Shown here piece after piece: positions 55,940 through 64,000 of a stretch of 64,000 nt of DNA (positions are counted from its first letter, which is position 1; every line of letters starts with the position of its first letter). The position numbers and the translations under genes were made by a program. The notes under the pieces were generated by a model, which saw only the letters and a list, made by a program, of their open reading frames with translations, was not told where the DNA came from and searched no databases. Source of the DNA: the human T2T-CHM13v2.0 reference genome, Homo sapiens; assembly GCF_009914755.1 (NCBI RefSeq), contig NC_060933.1; one strand, written 5' to 3'.

Positions 55940-58512
55940 TTTCCCCAACTAGACTATAAACTCCTCACTGCCAGACTCTGAATCGGATGCATCTCTGTTT
56001 TCTCAACAGTGAGCTGCACTGCAGTACAATTCTATCATAAATTAGCCACCATAATTTCCCTCCAGAAGCCATTATATACAAGCAATTCTACAATCATTAC
56101 CAAGAAAATGACTAATGGTAAATTGTTCTCCTTTTTGTATTCTCAAACTTGAAAATGAAGGCAAAATACTCCTAGAAGCCACTGTTCATTATGATCACTA
56201 AATAGAAAAATTCATGCTTCTTAAATGCCATTTCATATGCATAATCAGCTAATAATCTAAACATAAACAAACATCCAAAGACAGAGGACAGAATCGGAAT
56301 GGGAGCCCCAGACACATAACTTGAGTTTTCCTCTGGAAAGATTTCTAATGCACTATGGTGTCTTAGGATATGTTTGTGCTCTGTGCATATCACAGTTGAC
56401 ATCTTGTCAAAACCAAGGGAAATAATTGCATCTCCGAGTAAGAGCATCATGCAGGCAGCAATTTAAATGTGGCACTGCTTATCAGCACCAATTTACTAAC
56501 ATTTTACTGTATATAACTATGTGTGGTAGAAGAAAAACTTCTACATCCTTACCAAGATTCAGGCATAAAAACAAAATCTGTTACACTTCCAGTTCAAAAG
56601 AAGATAGAACGAAGGAAAGGGAAATAAAATGAGAAGCTGTGTTTCTTCCCCTAAGAAATAAACTTTTAAAGAAATTTAAGTCCTAAACATTACATCTTCA
56701 TTTGAAATGGGGTGGGCAAGATATAAGCCATTTTGCTCAGGTCTTGAGGGAGAAGAAAAACAACCTATCTTATGAGACTATTAAGCTAACACCTCAGCAA
56801 GCTGCAGGCATGCTTCTCATTTATTACACGAAGCTGAAATCTTCTGACAGTCCATAATTATGTGCTGAGAACTCTAATGAATAACTCTGCATCAGAAGGA
56901 TTCACGAAACTTTGATCAGTGTCCCGGGAGGCAGTGGGTCAAGATGAACCCTGAAATCTGATTAACTTCACCATCTTATCTAACATTCTACAAACACTGC
57001 TTTGTAACTCTCCACTCTTTACTTGCATATTCTGGAAACACAATTTTGTCAGACATACTAAAGTAGTTCTAAAAATTGTTCATATTCACTTTCGAAACAG
57101 ACTTAAGATGGAGTTTGTACCATTTCCCATACATATTTTTCGACACCTCTTTTTGTTCCAAGGCCCATGGTCATAAAAAAGTTATGTTTTGGGGCTCAAT
57201 GCTATTTTAGATGGGTAACTAGCTGTAATTTAGTACCTTGTTCTCTGCAAGTGCCAAAGTTTTTAGAAGACCTAGGTCTGAAGTGGTGACATGTTTAAAC
57301 TGAGTTATCCACAAACCCTTTTCTCTGTTCCCTTTGGGTTTGAGATATATAAATAAGGGAACAGAAATTTGATTTAATTGAAGCTGAATCATCTGAAAAT
57401 GGAATAGAACTCATGCCTGTGGTTTCATCCACAATTTGGTTCAAGTGGTGTGTGTGTTTATGTGTGTTTAATGAAAACACAGTTGTCTTGTGGACCCTCT
57501 TACTAGAATTTGGGCAGCAATAGAGCACAAAACATGTGCCACTACTCCTCATCATTGCACCAAAGCAGACATCACTAATCAATACCCTACTCTTTTCACT
57601 GAGCCTGGCAGTCCATAATCCTTACCACAGCCCTCTAGGTAGCTGCTACTAGATACATGGAATTTAAATACTAGGTGAAATGCAGCTCCCAGCCTTGAAT
57701 TTGTCCTGTTACTAATGAATGTTTGAAGTGGAGAAGATGTTGCCATTTATGTTGTTCAATTCTCCCATTCTATGGGTAAAAATACCTGAGAAATTGAAAC
57801 ATTAATTTACTTTCCATAGGTCATACAGCCAATCTATAGGTAGGAACTTTTTAGTTAAAATCGGAGTTATTTTTTATGTTCCTTCTTGGTATGATTTATA
57901 CCACTGAAGATGTGTATGACAATGTTTAAGAGTAAGTAATGAGGTCAAGAAAAATATCTCAGGTGTGTTTTATAAACCAAGCCAAAAACACAAGAAAAAA
58001 TCCACTGCAGAAAGTGCAAGGAGAGCTATAAAAATTACCCTCTACCTTGAAATCTATGCAAGATGACCAGCTAAGCTTACAGTACTCTTGCCCTATGTAC
58101 CATTTGCTTACATCAATAATTTCTGGTTTCACTTGCTACTTCATGCCAGAATAAAAGCCAACGCATGTAGAAATCATCTCTAGAGAAAGAAACTGCCTCT
58201 GTTTAACTACTCTGGGTTCATCACCATTTACACTATTGCAGATGACTTCCTGCCTCTCTCCAGGAGTTCAGATGGAGCTGCTCAAGGCTCTGTTACCATT
58301 CAGAGTCTGAGGCCAGGATTTTTAGAACAAAACACAGCAACTTTTCCAGGTCTGTTTTTAAAAAGCCCATTCTGTGTTTCTGGCTTGGTAGTATTAAAAA
58401 GACAGCAAGAACTCCTTTGGGAGGGGAGAAAAAGACTACGAAGCCCTCAAACCAACAGCAGAGTGATATGATGCCAGCAATGTGTAATCTCTCTCTCCTT
58501 CCTTCCTCTCTC

Positions 58513-58513
<1 letters not shown>

Positions 58514-58555
<42 letters not shown>
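58514..58555. repeat. (AC)~20 microsatellite
   Basis: Seen directly. Confidence 0.98.
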
Positions 58556-58557
<2 letters not shown>

Positions 58558-58599
58558 TTCCTAGCCTCCCCTTAAACTTAGAGGGGCCTGTGGGATATC

Positions 58600-59210
58600 T
58601 CTTATCTTGCGGTTCTCTACATTTGAAGAACCTTTGGTAGAAATGCATGCGCAAGGAGAGGAAAAAATAATGGCAAATTGCTAATGCTATCAAGCCAAGA
58701 GCCTCCAGCAGGTTCGCGTGGTGGAGAAGAAACAGCCACGGGAAAGGACTTCACACAAGGAGACGAGGAGGAGCAGCTGGGGAGGAGGTGGAAGTGGGTG
58801 ACGGAGACATGGAGCCAGAAACAGAGCTGTGAGGAAGAAGGGGAAAAAAGGCTGAGCAGCCGAAGGATGGTGGTTAAAATAACTCGTGGTAACAGAGTGT
58901 TCTTTGTTACCACACACTGCTCTTTGTTATCACACATTACAGAAAGTTATAAACAACAGAAGCATGCCGTACAGTAAAGCTGCGCTTCAAGCTCCGAGCT
59001 CTGGTGACCTAACAAACTCCTTGGCTTCCTCCTCGTGTGGACTGACGCTGTTTCTAGAACACCACGTTAGGACTGTGGCCATTAATCTGTACATCTCAAT
59101 CCATGCACAGGAATCTTCCAAAATGCTTGGCATTGTGTTCTTAAAGAAGCCTCTTGCATTCATATTGATGCAGGTCAAAAAGACGCAGATAAGGGTGACT
59201 CCATCCTAGA
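58600..59210. promoter_or_regulatory. Candidate enhancer or alternative promoter (unique, CpG-retaining)
   Basis: More CpGs than flanks; NRF1-like tgcatgcgca 58644-58653; GATA sites at ~58601 and ~59189; repeated ctttgtt and RUNX accaca at 58902-58930; motif-only inference. Confidence 0.35.
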
Positions 59211-59830
59211 TGAAAAGTGGCTATCAAGTTTTACAAACAACGCAATGCAAAAACTTTTGGGAGGAATAAAAAAAAGCACATAGAAAATGATCTTGTTAGT
59301 GTTTATACATAAAATTATATACTCAACAGAAACAACAAAACAGCTTGCAAATGAAGGAATGGATAAATAAAAAGCTCTCTCTCAATCTTGACTTGACTTC
59401 AGGTCAAGTAAAGCAATGGTCAGACACTAAGGAACACTCCTTGCTCAAACTCCCACCACTGTGCTTTTCTCTACTGTCATTCCGCCTTTATAATCAATCA
59501 GTTTGCCTCTATCACTGATGGCTTTTTTTTTTTAAATCTTTCCTCCATTTAAGCATTGATATTTTCTAAGGGTTCTTTTTTCTTCTCATTTCTTACTCTG
59601 CATTTTGAAGATGCTTTGTTTCTCTCCAGATTGCTGGTGTCTTCCTGTACCAGCAGAGCTCACCACTTCTCCTTCTGTAGTATCTCTCAGACCTCACTTT
59701 TCTTGATGGCCACTGCCACCCTCTCATTTTATCCTGTCCACGTGATAGCCAGAATTAAAATCCCCACTGATCTCTACACTGACCCTTTCTCCCCTGCCCA
59801 TTCTATCCTTCTGAGAACCATCAAAATTAT

Positions 59831-60247
59831 TGACATATTATAAATATTTGTCCCTGCCCAAATGTCATGTTGAAGTGTAATCCCCACTGTTGGAGGTGGG
59901 GCCTGGTGGGAGGTGACTAGCTTTATCACGGGGGCGGATTTCTCATGAATGGTTTAGCGCTATCCCCTCGGTGCTGTCCTCGCAATAGTCAGTGAATTCT
60001 CATGAGATCTGGTTGTTAAAAATGGTGGCACCCCACTCTCTCTCTTGCTCCTGCTTTTGCTAAGTGATGTTCATGTCGCCTGCTTCCCCTTCCGCCATGA
60101 GTAGAAACTTCCTGAGGCCTCCACAGAAGCACATGCCACTATGCTTCCTGTAAAGCCTGCAGAACTGTGAGCAAATTAAACCTCTTTTCTCATAAATTAC
60201 CCAGTCCTGGGTATTTCTTTATAGCAACGCAAGAATGGCCTAATACA
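59831..60247 (+). mobile_element. MSTA/B MaLR solo LTR
   Basis: tgtaatccccactgttggaggtggggcctggtgggaggtga...gaatggcctaataca; perfect TSD attat at 59826-59830 and 60248-60252. Confidence 0.95.
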
Positions 60248-60439
60248 ATTATCCTTCTAAAAGACAGCTATGTTAAAGTGCCTACCATGTGCACGTGCTT
60301 TTAACCATTTCTTTGTCCTTACACGAGTTGTCCAAACTTCACAGGATCAGAAATTCAATGTCTCTCACAATTTGACCTCAACCACCAGATGTAACTACCA
60401 CTGCACATACCCTACTCAGACATGTATTTTCAGTATTCT

Positions 60440-60785
60440 ATGTCTTTGAACATATCACTCTTTTGGCATGTAATTTACTTGTCTCCACCTCAGTCTAGTG
60501 AAATCCTCATCCCCCAAGTCCCAACTGAAGAATCATGACCTCTATGAAACTTCCCCAACCCCACCCTGGGGCAATGAGTCATTCATTCCCTCCTCTGAGT
60601 TATCACAGCACTTCCCCATATCTCCATCACATCGCTGAATATGTCATATTCCAAGCCATAACTTTATGTATATCATACTGTGAGCTCTCAGAGACCAGGA
60701 TCCTATTCGTGGTATTCCCACGACCTAACACAGCACCTGGCACATATGCAGAATGTTTATTACATTGGGGTGAATTCAATAAAAT
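60440..60785 (+). mobile_element. L2 3' end
   Basis: actgtgagctctcagagaccagg...cctaacacagcacctggcacata. Confidence 0.7.
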
Positions 60786-63700
60786 TGAAAAAGGATCTTC
60801 CAGAAAACAAATCTTTAACAATCAGTCAGACACAGGAAATTGTGAAAAGCATGTGTCTCCAGAGAGGAAGGATGACGGAATGTGTTAAGAGACGGACTTT
60901 CCACTGTATGTCCTTTTGGAGAGTTTTAGATTTTTTTACCATGTAAATGTACCACTTGTCAAAACAGTGCTGAGCAGGCTCTACAGCATGTGCCGGGCAC
61001 TGTGCACAGGAGGGACTTTCAGCATCATGAACAACTTCACTAACTAGAGAGAGCCATGAACTTGAATAACCCCTGTGGAGATTAATCTCTTTTTCCCCTC
61101 AAGTCCCACAGAGCCTTGCTGTTCTTCAGTTGTAGCATTCTCCACAGTCTAACTGATAACGGCATGATTTAGAGACATGTCCTCCACATTGGACCTTGAA
61201 CCCCTAGACGGCAGAGGCTCCCTACTCTTCACCTCTGCATCCTCTACAAAATCCTAGTTTAGTGCTATGTGTACATGTGGCAGTCAACTTGTAATTGTTT
61301 AACTGAGTTGGACTGGCCCTGAAAACATGGCAAAGTCTGAAATGAAAATAAAAGGAATAACTATATTTGTTTGCAGCCAATAAATCATGTGAAGTGGAGG
61401 CAAAGAAGACAAAACCTAAAATATTACTAATAAGTAATAATAATAAATACTAGGTGATTATGGTCAGATGAGTACAGAGGTAGAACAGCTATAAAAATGT
61501 ATCAGCTGTTTTTTCATCCCTTATTTAGGCCATGGATAAACATTTATTATTCCTTCTCCACTTGCGGCAAAACATACTTTCAAGTGAGAGCCTTAAATAG
61601 ATGCACATCCAAAGCTGTACAGAGCTACTACTGAGTGAAGATGAAAAAAGTTTTGAGATGAAAGAAGAAAAGGAAAATGGATTCTGAAATGATAGCCTCA
61701 TAAACAAAACAGGAAAACAATCGGCAATTTCCTGATAGATCTAAGGCCTCCCTCCTCCAGTGAAAATACCCCAACTAGAGTCTTTAGTGCCAGGGAACAG
61801 TTTGAAAACCCCATGATATGGAGAAAAGCAAAAAGTACAGGATGTGGGCTCTGGCCTCATAGAGCTTAAAAATAGAGTTGTATTAACACCCACATGAAAA
61901 GTTAAAAAACAACAGATTTAAGGGGGAAAGGTGGTACATCATCATAAAATTCATATCGGTGAAAAAATATTCATTGAGTACCTAATACTGAAATTTTTAG
62001 TATTCATATTCCTACATGAACTAAGGGTAAGGTAACAATCCTGCTACACAGTCCAGGCCTGACCGCTTCCTCCATGAAGCCTTCAGTTTCTTCCCACTCA
62101 CAGCCACAAGGAATTATTCTCTTTGGCCCCTCAACACAGGAATTTATCCATACCTTGGTTACCTCACTTCTATTGTCCATCTCGCATTATGGTTAGTTAT
62201 GTACATGGATTGGCCCCCAATGAACTTTAGACTTCCCTAGACAGACTCCACATGTCATTCATGCACTAACAACTCCTCAATGCCTTTGCCATAGTCGAAC
62301 TCAGCTCACTGGCTAGACAAGGTGTGAGGATAGCCATGGCAGATCTGGGTTTGTCTTCAACCCCAACATAACCTACAAGAATTCAACTTCCGAAAGGGAG
62401 AAAGAATAAAGAAGAAGGGAAAGAAAGGAGATGAAAAAAGAGAGATTAGTATCATGTACCTCAATCCTTCTATCGGGGCACCTGCCACACTTAATTTAAT
62501 TTACCGACCTGCCTCCTTTTGGGAGAAGGCATTGGTTTTTATTTACCTTTGCAGTCCTGTGGGTCTAGCCCAATCCTTGGCATAAAACATATGCTTAGGC
62601 TAATAATTATTTGGTGAATCCAATAATTAAAGAAGAGAGAAAGGTTGGAAAAATAAATGTTCTCATTTGATTAGTGCCCACTGAAATGAGAGATGAATGA
62701 CAGCCAACAGAAGTACAATCCTCCCTTATTTTCCTTATCTTAAATTGGTCCTAAGTGATTTAATCTTGTGTCTGTCCTTAAACCAACTTTGAAAGATTAC
62801 AAGTCAAAATTCACAGGAAAATTATCTTCTTATTTCTTAAAACTGGCTAATCCCCATTGTAGATGGAATTCACTTCAATAAATATTTACTGAGCACCAAC
62901 TATATATTGGATGTATTCCTAATGCCAGAGAGTAAAGCAATAAATGTGACCTTGTCCCTTCTCCTCAAGGAACCTACAGTTTAGCGTGGCATTCCTTGTA
63001 AATTTTAGTGCCTTTTACTATGACGGAAATAAAATTATGTAGTTTCACATTTATGAAGTCCCACATTTTAAAGCCAAGGCCAAAATGGATATTTCTTTTC
63101 AAAAGTTGAGATACTTCACAGCCAAAATCCTACATGGCAGGATGCCAGTCCAAAGGGCTTCACCCCAAAAGGCCTGTCTTCATTCCTCGAGAAGAAAATG
63201 GAATAGACAGCTCCTCAGATGGAGTTACCAATGACTTAATTTTGACAGAAACATCTATATCCATGAGCTGTGTTAAAACAAAGCTGGTAGAAAGACTTTC
63301 CCCAGAAACTTGCTTTAAAACAAACTGTAAATGTTTGCTTTACTTTTATTTTTTATGAACTAGTCCCAAATATTTTGATGTGGCCTAGTTTTTTATGTTT
63401 CTTAATAATCCAAATATTCATGTCTGTCTCAACTGCAGTGTGGAAGTTTAAACTCAGGTTTTGTGGGGATGCACTGATCCATTGTATAAATGGAACAGTA
63501 CTAACAAGACACGTATCACCTCTGAAAATTGCTGTTTAATGTTGGTATATCTCAAAACTGAAAAATGAAGATGTCTAAACAGTCTCATCTTGAAGAGTGG
63601 ATAACATTTTTTTTTCCTTTACAAACGTTTTAAGAGAAAATGTATATGTGTGTGTATGTTAATAAAAAACTGTGTATTTACATACACGACCTTACAAATT

Positions 63701-63803
63701 CAATCAACATAAATATGAAAAAAGGAAAATATATTATTATTATAAAATTGCTGAGGAATTATTAATGAAGAACATTGCCAAAATGTTAAAAACATAAAAA
63801 ATT

Positions 63804-64000
63804 GGCCATGTGTAGTGGCTCACACCTGTAATCCCAGCGCTTTGGGAGACCCAAGCAGGAGGATCTCTTGAGGCCAGGAGTTTGAAACCAGCCTGGGCAA
63901 ACCCCATCTCTACAATTTTTGTTTTTTAATTAGCCAGGCATGGTGGTGTATACATGTAATCTCAGCTACTTGGGAGGCTGAGGTGGGAGGATCGCTTGAG
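63804..64000 (+). mobile_element. AluJ-like SINE (runs off the window end)
   Basis: gtggctcacacctgtaatcccagc...gaggtgggaggatcgcttgag. Confidence 0.95.

Overview
Primate (human-like: AluY-type, AluS, AluJ and L1PA copies) non-coding genomic DNA. I found no protein-coding exon, RNA gene or CpG island that I can support, and I could not identify the locus. Much of the window is interspersed repeat: 10 Alus, young and old L1 fragments, 7 solo LTRs (THE1, MST x2, MLT1, LTR33-like x2, MER67-like), MIR, L2 and CR1/L3 fossils, hAT MITEs (MER5, MER20, MER91A, MER96B) and microsatellites. Nearly all listed ORFs are repeat-derived or chance. All seven LTRs I recognised lie on the + strand, which suggests (inference) a large intron of a minus-strand gene. 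I see no convincing novel biological system. The most interesting items are small-scale: a patchwork of templated direct and inverted copies with a perfect 21-bp inverted repeat inside an LTR33; micro-inversions in Alu A-rich tracts; an L1 whose target site donates an in-frame ATG to the ORF2 C-terminus; a perfect DR3 nuclear-receptor element made by a 9-bp duplication; and a CpG-retaining candidate regulatory block at about 58.6-59.2 kb. Repeat subfamily names come from remembered consensus sequences, and boundaries of old repeats are approximate.
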